The translations under genes were made by a program, and so were the position numbers. From contig CAXAGK010000001.1 in NCBI GenBank assembly GCA_963968305.1, forward strand, positions 1-28,814: 28,814 nt of DNA. The letters are read 5' to 3'. Positions 1 to 9,037 of this stretch are shown here, piece after piece (the stretch's first letter is position 1; every line of letters begins with the position of its first letter). This DNA comes from an uncultured Rickettsiales bacterium (GTDB taxonomy: Bacteria > Pseudomonadota > Alphaproteobacteria > UBA8366). The notes under the pieces were generated by a model that was given only the letters and a program-made list of their open reading frames with translations, was not told where the DNA came from and ran no database searches.

Positions 1-122
1 GCGCGGCGAAACTATCTTACTCGAACGCGAAAGGACAAAACGAAACACAATCAATGACGATTGCAATGCCGCAATCAAGCCGCCTAATATCAAACAACAG
101 ATGAGCCAAGCTCTCCGCTGAA

Positions 123-575
123 TCAAGCAGCCTTCCGTTCCAAAAACCCTGACGACGGACAGATAGACCAATCGCAAGACACTTGAGGGAATTCTCGCAA
201 TGTATGCAGGAACCCTCTAATTCTCCGCTCGAGGCCCTTTAAAATCGGCACATTCTGTAAACTAGTAAGTGATGTCGCGATCATTAAGGGTATGATCGGC
301 GATTTTGAGAGTTCCGTTTCCACCCCACCAGGGACCAACTCGACGTACAATTACGGAACAAAACTGAGCACCAGGTAAAGCAGAACAATGGCGATCACAT
401 AACCCAATCTGCCGTAACTGTATCTTTGGTCGGAGATGTGAAATCTGGGTTTATAGATGCCAAAATATTGGCTTTCGTTCTCACCAACTGGCTCATCGAA
501 GCGAGTCCAAGAGTATGCCGATATCATAAAGGCGCCAAATACGAGCGCAACCAGCCATTCTTGCGCTTCTTCCAT
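123..575 (-). pseudogene. Probable pseudogene of a membrane protein of unknown family (in-frame TAA, probable later frameshift; may continue past the left edge)
   Basis: Good RBS (GGGAGAGGAA) directly before ATG at 575. Hydrophobic N-terminus MEEAQEWLVALVFGAFMISAYSW. The frame reads ...LVLSFVP-TAA(351-353)-LYVELVPGG...LQNVPILKGLERRIRGFLH..., so ORFs 351-575 and 123-350 are one frame split by one stop. A shifted frame starting at about 198 (ARIPSSVL...) is open to base 1. Confidence 0.55.
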
Positions 576-827
576 TTCCTCTCCCTAGATGCAAAATGAC
601 TTCTGATCCAAATCGACGCGGGGCGCGATCTCCAAACCTCATGCCTCTGCTTATCGGCGTCAAAAAACAATCGTACCTATTTTGATTTTAATGTCGACCA
701 AATGCCACGAATAAATTGGTTTTCGCGCTATGTCGAAACTTCACCACCTACACCCCGGAGCCTCTTACTTCACAGCAACGATAAGGGGTCTAATGTTTAT
801 GTCTGGGTAGTGTGAAAGGAGCGTGCG

Positions 828-1931
828 ATGAAATGGGGAACCTTTAGCCTGAGCCAGGTGCCCGACCTCAGCCGGGTGCCTGAGAATTTCGAGACGGATT
901 TTGAGCAATTCAAACTCGCGGAAGAGCTTGGATTCGACACAATTTGGATCGCCGAACATCTTTTCTCGAGCTATGGCGTTGTCACATCGACCCAGGTGCT
1001 GGCCGCCGCTCTCGCCAAGGCCACCACAAAGATCAAAATCGGCATGGCTGTCGTCGTCATGCCGTTCAATCATCCGCTTCGCACCGCGTCTGACTTCGCC
1101 CTGGTCGATATCCTCTCCAAGGGCCGCCTACTATTCGGTGCCGGTCGCGCCTATCAGCCGCACGAGTTCGATGGCCTCGGCATTCCCATGGAGGACAGCC
1201 GGGAGATGTTCGAGGAAGCGATGGAGATCATGCTCAAGGCATGGGGCGACGAGCCGATTACCCATGAGGGCAAGTTCTGGAACATTCCGCAACCGACCGA
1301 GGTTCTACCGAAACCGGTACAAAAACCACATCCGCCGCTCTACCAGGCTTGTATCTCACCGGACAGTTTCAAGACGGCAGCTCGCAAAGGCTTCGGCTTG
1401 CAATTGGCCTCGCCGTTCTCCTACCGCACCTACCGCGAAGAATGGATCGACAAGATCGAGGAGAGCATCCAAGACTATGAAATAGAATGCGAGAAAGCAG
1501 GCCATGATCCCAAGGGCGCGGAGCGGATGATGTTGCTGCCGTTTTTCGTCCATGAATCGCAAGAAGAAGCGAAGCGGATTGCGCGGGAACGCATGGAATG
1601 GTTCTACGCCAAGGTGACGGCCAACCAGAAATCCGTCGGCGGACAGCCGGACCTCATCAAAGGCTATGAGCTGACCATGAGCGAGAGCAAGAAGACGTTG
1701 GACGGTGGTTATCTCAACTTCGACAAACTATACGACAATGGTGCTGCTATCGCCGACGACCCAGCCACTTGCGCCGAGAAGCTGAACGAATTGCGCGAGC
1801 GCCTGGGGATCACTGAGTTCGCGCTCTGGACAAATATCGGCGGCATGCCGTCCGAAGAATCAATGTCTGCAATGCGGCTGATCATGAACGACGTAGCACC
1901 GCGCGTGAACGCCATGGAAGCGGCTGGCTAA
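828..1931 (+). CDS. LLM-class (luciferase-like) flavin-dependent monooxygenase/oxidoreductase
   Basis: 367 aa. AEELGFDTIWIAEH, T-KIKIG-AVVVMPFNHPLR-A-DFALVDILSKGRLLFGAGRAY and PKPVQKPHPP motifs are typical of the LuxA-like LLM family. RBS AAAGGAG upstream. Confidence 0.93.
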   Translation: MKWGTFSLSQVPDLSRVPENFETDFEQFKLAEELGFDTIWIAEHLFSSYGVVTSTQVLAAALAKATTKIKIGMAVVVMPFNHPLRTASDFALVDILSKGRLLFGAGRAYQPHEFDGLGIPMEDSREMFEEAMEIMLKAWGDEPITHEGKFWNIPQPTEVLPKPVQKPHPPLYQACISPDSFKTAARKGFGLQLASPFSYRTYREEWIDKIEESIQDYEIECEKAGHDPKGAERMMLLPFFVHESQEEAKRIARERMEWFYAKVTANQKSVGGQPDLIKGYELTMSESKKTLDGGYLNFDKLYDNGAAIADDPATCAEKLNELRERLGITEFALWTNIGGMPSEESMSAMRLIMNDVAPRVNAMEAAG

Positions 1932-1949
1932 TTCGAAAAGGAACTGACG

Positions 1950-2807
1950 ATGCCGGACATCAATATAGACGAGTTGAAAAGCCATATCGGCACCATGGTG
2001 GAAGACACCGATGTCGCGACTGAAGCGCCGTTGCGCGAGATGATTGTGACCTTCGACCGGGACGACGTAACCCCGGGGCCCGGTGACGCCATTCATCCGG
2101 GTTGGCACGGATGCTACTTCCTACCCTTATCGCGGCGCGCCACATTGGGCGCGGACGGCTTGCCGACCGATACTGGCGTCCTGCCTAAAATGCCGCTCCC
2201 TCGGCGGATGTTCGCAGGCGTCCGGTTTGAATTTCACACTCCGATCAAGGTTGGCGACAAGCTGCGGCGGGAAACCGAACTCATGGATATCTCCCTCCGC
2301 AAAGGCGCTACCGGCGTTCTCGTCTTCACCAAGGTCGCCAACCGCATCTACAACGACGAAGGCCTATGCGTAGTCGAGGAACGCGACGGCGTGTTCCGTG
2401 AAGGCCTGAAGCCGGGTGAGAAGAGTGGCATTCCAAAACGCGACCCGGTGCCGGACGACTTGCCGTGGAAACGAGAAATGAATCCGGATGTCGTTCAGTT
2501 ATTCCGCTATTCGGCCATCACCTTCAATCCGCACCGTATCCATTACGACCGGACCTATGCGATGGAGGTTGAAGGTTATCCGGGCCTCGTCGTCCATGGC
2601 CCCTTCACGACGCAATGTCTGCTCGATTTCGCGCGGGACATGACCCCCGACAAGACGCTGACCAAATTCGATATGCGCGCCCGGGCGCCTCTATTCGACA
2701 CCGCGCCGTTCACCGTCTGTGGCCGTCCGACCGACGAAGGCTGTGAAGTCTGGGCGGCGACACCGGAGGGAACTGTCGCGATGCAAGCACAAGTCACACT
2801 CGCTTAA
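1950..2807 (+). CDS. Double-hotdog (MaoC/FAS1-like) acyl-CoA hydratase, itaconyl-CoA hydratase (Ich) / mesaconyl-C4-CoA hydratase / HTD2 type
   Basis: 285 aa. LPRRMFAG in the N-domain and LFRYSAITFNPHRIHYD...EGYPGLVVHGP hydratase motif in the C-domain. RBS AAAGGA. Starts 18 nt after the LLM stop. Confidence 0.88.
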   Translation: MPDINIDELKSHIGTMVEDTDVATEAPLREMIVTFDRDDVTPGPGDAIHPGWHGCYFLPLSRRATLGADGLPTDTGVLPKMPLPRRMFAGVRFEFHTPIKVGDKLRRETELMDISLRKGATGVLVFTKVANRIYNDEGLCVVEERDGVFREGLKPGEKSGIPKRDPVPDDLPWKREMNPDVVQLFRYSAITFNPHRIHYDRTYAMEVEGYPGLVVHGPFTTQCLLDFARDMTPDKTLTKFDMRARAPLFDTAPFTVCGRPTDEGCEVWAATPEGTVAMQAQVTLA

Positions 2808-2815
2808 GGAATGTC

Positions 2816-3418
2816 ATGTCCAAATTGATCCTCGTCCCCGCCCGTCAAGGACGCGCCCAACCCCTTAGCTCGGGCGCATGTATTCGTATCGTTAATACTC
2901 ATGGCAGTCAGGTGGTCGACACCTGGGCTTTCAATGCAAGCGACCTCGATGAGTTCATGTCGATGGAACACACCCGGTCGACAATTGACAAAATGATGCC
3001 GGATATGGGGGAAGCCTTTCTCACCAACAAACGTCGGCCCATTCTGACCATTGTCGAAGACACCACGCCCGGTGTGCACGATACTTTGAACGCCGCCTGC
3101 GATGTCCATCGTTATCACTTGTTGGGGCATGACGGCTATCATGACAATTGCACAGACAATTTGGCCGCGGCACTAGAAGCAATGGGCAAATCGCCCAGCG
3201 GACGCACACCTTGCCCCTTTAACATGTTCATGAATCGGCCTTGGGGCACCGACAAGCGATTGTACAAGGAAGCTCCGGTCTCGAAGCCGAGCGACAGCAT
3301 GACCTTCCGCGCGGAGATGGACTGTATCGTTGTGTTTTCCGCCTGCCCGCAAGACATGAACCCGACCAACGGTGGGACGCCGAAGGACGTGCACTACGAA
3401 GTCTTGGACTCCGTATAA
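2816..3418 (+). CDS. DUF1989 / urea-carboxylase-associated family protein (single copy)
   Basis: 200 aa. GSQVVDTWAF, TNKRRPILTIVEDT, HDTLNAACD, HDNCTDNL, PFNMFMN and FSACPQD motifs. TAAGGA RBS overlaps the upstream stop. Confidence 0.9.
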   Translation: MSKLILVPARQGRAQPLSSGACIRIVNTHGSQVVDTWAFNASDLDEFMSMEHTRSTIDKMMPDMGEAFLTNKRRPILTIVEDTTPGVHDTLNAACDVHRYHLLGHDGYHDNCTDNLAAALEAMGKSPSGRTPCPFNMFMNRPWGTDKRLYKEAPVSKPSDSMTFRAEMDCIVVFSACPQDMNPTNGGTPKDVHYEVLDSV

Positions 3419-4308
3419 GGCTCCCCATGTACCCGCTCCCGGTGGAAGGTGTAGAGACCGCTGGCAACGATGATCAATGCGCCGACGACCGTCGGCATAT
3501 CGGGCAAGTCGTCGTAGAAAAAATACCCGAGAATCGTCACCCAAACGATCGTGATATAATTCAGCGGCTGCAGAACGCTGGCGGGAGCCAATGCCAACGC
3601 CTTAATCAGTAACGCATGGCCGGACAAACCAAGCACCGCAATACACAACATTAGGGATATTCCGGTCGCATCGGGTGTCTTCCAAAAGAAAGGTCCGATC
3701 ATCGTCATAGCGACCAAACCGACGACGCCCGTATAGAGGACCGTTGTATCCGGGTGATCGTGACGCGCGGCAACGCGGGTCAGCACCTGATAGAGCGCAT
3801 AGATCGAGATGCCAAAGGCAGGCAAAAGCAGCATCGGATCAAAGATTCCAAATCCCGGTCGAATAATAACTACGAGACCGATAAATCCGACGCCGATGGC
3901 GCTCCAACGGCGAATGCCGACTTTCTCTCCGAGGATCGGTACCGAAAGGGCGGTTGCGACCAGTGGACCAATCCCGGCAATTGCCTGGACGTCCGCCAGG
4001 GGAAGATTACGAAAAGCGATGACGAAAATGGACACTTCACCCGCCAGCAAAAGACCCCGGCAGATTTGCAACGTCATCGCATTCGATTGAAAGGCCCGCC
4101 AGCCTCGGCGACGGATCGTCACCACCAGGCCATAGGAGGCGAATACCATGTAGCGGATCCAAATGATCTGCGGTGCGGAATAGAACAAGCTGACATGTTT
4201 CGTCAGCGCATCCATGCTCGCGAACACGCCGGTTGAGAGCAGGGTAATGCGCATCGCGGAGCGCGTACCCTCCGCATCGTCGCGCGCGCCGATCTTCTCT
4301 TCGCTCAA
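3394..4308 (-). CDS. DMT (EamA/RhaT) family transporter
   Basis: 304 aa, about 10 hydrophobic segments. LGEKVGIRRWSAIGVGFIG and APASVLQPLNY EamA-repeat motifs. TTG start with AGGAG RBS; the alternative start is the ATG of MRITLL. Confidence 0.88.
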   Translation of the reverse strand: MSEEKIGARDDAEGTRSAMRITLLSTGVFASMDALTKHVSLFYSAPQIIWIRYMVFASYGLVVTIRRRGWRAFQSNAMTLQICRGLLLAGEVSIFVIAFRNLPLADVQAIAGIGPLVATALSVPILGEKVGIRRWSAIGVGFIGLVVIIRPGFGIFDPMLLLPAFGISIYALYQVLTRVAARHDHPDTTVLYTGVVGLVAMTMIGPFFWKTPDATGISLMLCIAVLGLSGHALLIKALALAPASVLQPLNYITIVWVTILGYFFYDDLPDMPTVVGALIIVASGLYTFHRERVHGEPYTESKTS

Positions 4309-4330
4309 CAGATGGCGCTCCTATGCCGTG

Positions 4331-5377
4331 TTAGTAGGCGCGCTCCCAATCAAGCACATTGTCGAGCGGGCGACCTGCAACATAGGCTTCCAGGTTATCA
4401 CAGAAAAGATCGATCTGACGGGTACTGCGAATATCCGTCGCCGCTGAGATATGCGGCGTAAACAGAACGCGGTCATCGGCCCAAAGCTCGGGATCGGGCA
4501 GTCGGTCGAATTCGCCGACATAAACATCCAATCCCACGCCACGTAGTTTTCCGGCCTTCAGTGCATCTTTCAGCGCCGCTTCGTCGACGATCTCGCCCCG
4601 TGCAAGATTACAGAGCACGACACCGTCCTTCATCGCGCCCAGTGTCTCTTTTCCGATCAGTCCTTCCGTGTCCGGAGTCCACTGGCAGCAGATGGAGACG
4701 AAATCGGCTTCCGGCAAGATATCCATCAGCTTGTCGGCAGTGTAGATTGCATCGAAACCCTCGGGTAGCGATCCGGCTGTGCGTCGGGTACCGATCACTC
4801 TCATGCCCATAGCCGCGCACAGCTTACCAACATCCTGGCCGATACCGCCCGCCCCAATTACACAGACCGTCTTATCCTTCATCTGAATCGGATTATAAGC
4901 CAGCCTCTCGAAATCAGCGGCTGTTCGGTCCGCGACCGCCTGATTGAAGCCCCGCGCAAAATAGAAAAACGCGGCGACTGTCCATTCGGCCATCGACTGC
5001 GTGTTGCCGAGCCCGCGCGAAGTCGTCACCATCACGTCGCTTTCCCACAAATCCCCGTTCAAAAGATTGCTGGCGCCCGCCGGAGTCTGGTGGAACCATT
5101 TTAACTTCGGAGCTCGCGCGCGAAGATCCAGCGGAAACGGGAATCCACAGATGATGATCTCCGCCTCCGCAAATAGTGCGTCGCGCTCTTCCCGTGTTCC
5201 CTCTCCTTGTAAGTTCGCAGGCAGGTAGGAACGCGACGTGTATTCGGGCCAAGTATCGCGAAATTCCCCATGAAACCAATTCGGCGCCATCGTTAACTCG
5301 ACCGAAGGGTCCGCACCCTCGATACGTTTTCGGCCATCGCCCGACAATGGGATCATGGATAAAATTTTCAGCGTCAT
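4331..5377 (-). CDS. D-2-hydroxyacid dehydrogenase (probably NADP(H)-preferring)
   Basis: 348 aa. Rossmann motif VIGAGGIG, NLARGEIVDE (Arg), LDVYVGE (Glu) and TPHIS (His) catalytic residues. GTRRT replaces the NAD-specifying Asp. Confidence 0.92.
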   Translation of the reverse strand: MTLKILSMIPLSGDGRKRIEGADPSVELTMAPNWFHGEFRDTWPEYTSRSYLPANLQGEGTREERDALFAEAEIIICGFPFPLDLRARAPKLKWFHQTPAGASNLLNGDLWESDVMVTTSRGLGNTQSMAEWTVAAFFYFARGFNQAVADRTAADFERLAYNPIQMKDKTVCVIGAGGIGQDVGKLCAAMGMRVIGTRRTAGSLPEGFDAIYTADKLMDILPEADFVSICCQWTPDTEGLIGKETLGAMKDGVVLCNLARGEIVDEAALKDALKAGKLRGVGLDVYVGEFDRLPDPELWADDRVLFTPHISAATDIRSTRQIDLFCDNLEAYVAGRPLDNVLDWERAY

Positions 5378-5388
5378 CGCATCGAGTC

Positions 5389-6678
5389 CTATAGGGGTTT
5401 GAGTTTTACTGGTTGGCGTAGAAACAACGCCGCCACGACGGCCCAGGTCAGTGGAATTACGGCGAGCCCCACCAACATTGCATCGTAGTTACCGAAATAG
5501 TCCTTGGCGAAGCCAAGGGGTAGGGGGCCGAGCGACGCACCGACAACACCGATCATCTGCCCTGTTCCCTGAATACTGCCCAGATAGGTGCGCCCGAAAT
5601 ATCGTGGCCACATAAACGTGTAATAGGTCATGCTGACAGCATTCGCCATTCCGAACGCTAAGGCATACAGCACCGCTGACGCGATACCGGAAACCTGTGC
5701 CGCAATGACCAATGTCGTCGCCAGAACCAACAAGCCACCTGCAAACATACGCTCAGTCGGGAACCGGTCCAACATGCGACCCAGGGTCGGCATCATCGCG
5801 ATCATGGTCACTGCAGATACGGCAAACGCAACGGTCGCAACTTCCGTATCCAAACCTTGATCCGAAAAAATAGAGACCTGGAAGAAATGCAAAGTGGTCA
5901 CCAGCATCGATAAAGTGAAAAGTCCGGCAGCCACGATATAGAAAGCCGGGGTTCTCAATGCCTCAGAAAGGGTAAAGTCGTTTTCATCACCCGCTTCGGT
6001 AGCGGCTTGCGGCACCTCGAGATCGGCAGGAATCGACACGCCATCTGGCCGTAACCCGACATCCTCTGGTTTGCTCACGACAAAGAATAAGACCGGTGGC
6101 AGCAATAAGATCCATGTGGAAATGCCAAGCCACAACCAAGCTTCGCGCCAGCCAACCAAATCGATGAGCCACTTGGCGACCGTGGGATGTACCGCCATCG
6201 AGATCGCAAAACCGAGCGCCATTAACCCCAGCGCAAATCCGCGCCGCAGACTAAACCATTGCGAAACCATGTTGGAGGAACCCAGCATCAGCGACCCCTG
6301 TCCTAGGAACCGCAATGCGGCGAACCCCAGTGCGAGCCAGATCATGCCTCCGGCAAGACCAAACGCGGCGCAACCGGCACCAAATACCAGCGCCACGACC
6401 GCCAACATACGGCGCGCGCCCACACGATCCAGAAACCGGCCCATCAACGGCAGGCAAAAGGCCGCCACAAGCGTCGCCAGACCATACGCTGACGCCATTG
6501 CCGTTTGGGAGAGGCCGAGTTCAGCCGCAATGGGGCCGATAAAGACGCTGAAGGTGTGGGACTGCGCGGGTCCGCTCGCGAAGATTCCGAGCATGGCGAC
6601 CCAAACGATCACCCAGCCGTAAAACATCCGCTGGCTGACCCGCCGTACCAGCGAGGCTCTAAAGGGACTTTCGGACAT
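5389..6678 (-). CDS. MFS transporter
   Basis: 429 aa, about 12 hydrophobic segments. MFS motif A-like GRFLDRVGARR and GRMLDRFPTER. FYGW N-terminus. Confidence 0.9.
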   Translation of the reverse strand: MSESPFRASLVRRVSQRMFYGWVIVWVAMLGIFASGPAQSHTFSVFIGPIAAELGLSQTAMASAYGLATLVAAFCLPLMGRFLDRVGARRMLAVVALVFGAGCAAFGLAGGMIWLALGFAALRFLGQGSLMLGSSNMVSQWFSLRRGFALGLMALGFAISMAVHPTVAKWLIDLVGWREAWLWLGISTWILLLPPVLFFVVSKPEDVGLRPDGVSIPADLEVPQAATEAGDENDFTLSEALRTPAFYIVAAGLFTLSMLVTTLHFFQVSIFSDQGLDTEVATVAFAVSAVTMIAMMPTLGRMLDRFPTERMFAGGLLVLATTLVIAAQVSGIASAVLYALAFGMANAVSMTYYTFMWPRYFGRTYLGSIQGTGQMIGVVGASLGPLPLGFAKDYFGNYDAMLVGLAVIPLTWAVVAALFLRQPVKLKPL

Positions 6679-6694
6679 AAGGCCTCAGGAGAAA

Positions 6695-7330
6695 CTACGT
6701 ATCCGGATAGCAGACGGCGGAAGCAGTCTGATAGGCGGGGCGAGCAATGATGCTCTCTCTATAGGAAATCAAGCTATCCGGCACCGGACGGCCGTAGCGG
6801 ATGGCCCAGGTCACGCAAGATGTCAGCATGATGTCGGCGACGCTGAAAAATGACCCCACGATAAACTTTCTTCCGTCACTGAGCTTCTGCTCGGGCACCT
6901 TTATTTGACGAGCGAAATATTCAGCGGCGCATTCCACTGCGACCGGCGCTTCGCCGTAAATCTCCGGCAGATCACCATGACGACGAATGACATAGAGGCT
7001 GGTCGCATCCAATTCCATGGCGACGAAATAGCACCACTCATCACAATGGGCCCGGTCGGCTGGACCATTGGGGATAAGCTGCCGACCGTCCCTTCCATAG
7101 GTTCGGCCGAGATAATTTATAATGGCGGCACTTTCGAAAAGCGTCAGTTCGCCGTCTTCGAAGACGGGAATCTTCTTACGCGGGCTAATCCTCTGGAATT
7201 CCGGCGTGTCCATCGCAGGTGTGCGAGTACGAACTGGCTTGGTTTCATAGTCGAGCCCCAATTCGTGTAGCGCCCAATGGACGCGAAAGGCACGGGCCGA
7301 CCCGATGCCCCAAACGATGCGTTGGTTCAT
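6695..7330 (-). CDS. Glutathione S-transferase family protein
   Basis: 211 aa. RVHWALHELGLDYE, SPRKKIPVFEDGELTLFESAAIINYL (cis-Pro and ES motif) and FSVADI N-cap. ATGA overlap with the upstream gene. Confidence 0.92.
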   Translation of the reverse strand: MNQRIVWGIGSARAFRVHWALHELGLDYETKPVRTRTPAMDTPEFQRISPRKKIPVFEDGELTLFESAAIINYLGRTYGRDGRQLIPNGPADRAHCDEWCYFVAMELDATSLYVIRRHGDLPEIYGEAPVAVECAAEYFARQIKVPEQKLSDGRKFIVGSFFSVADIMLTSCVTWAIRYGRPVPDSLISYRESIIARPAYQTASAVCYPDT

Positions 7331-9015
7331 GCGGCCCGGCCGTTCCGCAAGACGCCGCCGGGCAAATTGCCTTCGGGTGATATCGCATCGGCGCCGTTCT
7401 CGCGCAGAATGGTGCCGTTGACGACGACCGCCCGCATGCCGCGCTCCTTCGAGATCAACCGATCTGCGCCGCCGGGGAAATCGTAGACACGCTCCAGGCC
7501 ACCAGCACCCACCGTCTCTGGATCAAAGACAGCGACATCCGCGGGGCGGCCTTCGGCCAACAGACCGCGGTCCGTAATACCGGCGACCTCTGCCGGGCGT
7601 GAGGTCAGCATCCGTACGGCTTCTTCAATTGTGAAGGTTTGTTTTTCACGGACCCAACGACCGAGAAAATATGTCGGCTGGCACGCATCACAGAGTTGGC
7701 TTGCATGAGCGCCCGCATCGGAGAGACCAATCACCGTTGCCCCACTCTTCAACAGCGGCTCCACCTCCTCTTCGTTGTGGTTGGCGACCGGCATCCGGAA
7801 ACGCGTCTCGAGATCGGTCTCCAACGCCAGGTCCAACAATAGATCGGTTGGTTTCATGCCTCTCTCTCGGGCAACATCGGCCAGGACCTGTTCGTCGAGT
7901 TCTCCATTCTTTTGATGCTGCGAGATGACTGTCTTATCGAACGCTCCCTTGAATTCCTTGCGCGCACCATCGATCCGCGCCCGAAACGCCTCACGGAATT
8001 CCGGATCCGCGTAAATCTTCTTCTTCCCTTCAGCATCCGCGGCCGCAGCCGGCTTCATGACCGAGAATGGCTCGAAGAGGAAGGGTGCCGCCATCTGATA
8101 TTCGAAATTGAGTGGGCGCGGCGTTACTTGAGGGAAGACGCGGTGCCCCTCGGCCACAATGGCTTCGGATTTCGCTAATTGTTCTTCGTGGTCGCCCTTG
8201 CCCAATGCTAATCCCGCGAGCAACGCCGTCCAGGTCACCGTGCAACCGCTCTCACGCGCCAAGTCGGGATACTCGTCGATGAAAAGGTCCTTGCCCGCCG
8301 TCGCCGCGATCAGACCGCCACCGCTTTCACCGACAGCTTTTGCCAGGCGAAATATCTCTTCGATCTCGCAGGCACGGCTCGGCACCGGGCGACCTTCATA
8401 GCCGACATGCGTCCCGGCGCGTGACGTGGCGAAACCAAGGGCTCCGTCTTTCATGCCTTGTTTGACGATTGTCCGCATTTCCTCGATTTCATCGTCCGTC
8501 GCGGCGCGTTCCGTGGCCGCCTCGCCCATGACGTACATGCGCAGCGGCGTGTGCCCGAGAAGCACCGCCATGTTGATGGCGGAGCCCCTTGCTTCGATTA
8601 CGTCTAGATATTCTCCGAAAGTCTCAAAAGGCCAATCCTCTCCCAATCCAGCCTGGAGAGCGGGCACGCTCATCCCTTCCACTTTCTCCAACGTGCGTAT
8701 GATCATATCGCGATGGGCCGCACGGGTCGGAGCCACACCGAACCCGCAATTTCCGAGCACCGTTGTCGTCACACCATGCCAAGGAGAAATCGACATCATG
8801 CGGTCCCAGATAATCTGAGCGTCGTAATGGGTATGGATATCCACAAATCCCGGCGACACCACGGCACCTTCCGCATCGATGATGCGTTCCGCAGCGTCAG
8901 GCGCATCACCGAGCGCAACGATACGCCCATCAGAAATACCGACATCACCTCGATATCCCACACTACCGCTACCATCGACAATCGTGCCGCCGACAATCTT
9001 CAGATCATAAGTCAT
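7327..9015 (-). CDS. N-acyl-D-amino-acid deacylase (D-aminoacylase)-like amidohydrolase
   Basis: 562 aa. GGTIVDGSG, PGFVDIHTHYD, GVTTTVLGNCGFGVAP, SDAGAH and ADVAVFDP motifs. Confidence 0.9.
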   Translation of the reverse strand: MTYDLKIVGGTIVDGSGSVGYRGDVGISDGRIVALGDAPDAAERIIDAEGAVVSPGFVDIHTHYDAQIIWDRMMSISPWHGVTTTVLGNCGFGVAPTRAAHRDMIIRTLEKVEGMSVPALQAGLGEDWPFETFGEYLDVIEARGSAINMAVLLGHTPLRMYVMGEAATERAATDDEIEEMRTIVKQGMKDGALGFATSRAGTHVGYEGRPVPSRACEIEEIFRLAKAVGESGGGLIAATAGKDLFIDEYPDLARESGCTVTWTALLAGLALGKGDHEEQLAKSEAIVAEGHRVFPQVTPRPLNFEYQMAAPFLFEPFSVMKPAAAADAEGKKKIYADPEFREAFRARIDGARKEFKGAFDKTVISQHQKNGELDEQVLADVARERGMKPTDLLLDLALETDLETRFRMPVANHNEEEVEPLLKSGATVIGLSDAGAHASQLCDACQPTYFLGRWVREKQTFTIEEAVRMLTSRPAEVAGITDRGLLAEGRPADVAVFDPETVGAGGLERVYDFPGGADRLISKERGMRAVVVNGTILRENGADAISPEGNLPGGVLRNGRAA

Positions 9016-9037
9016 ATCGCACTCTCCGCTTCAGCGG

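Noticed and set aside
576-827. Guanidine riboswitch upstream of the DUF1989 operon
   Set aside because: No paired ACGR-loop hairpins (class II) or ykkC class I core motifs were recognisable by eye. An Rfam/Infernal scan would settle it.
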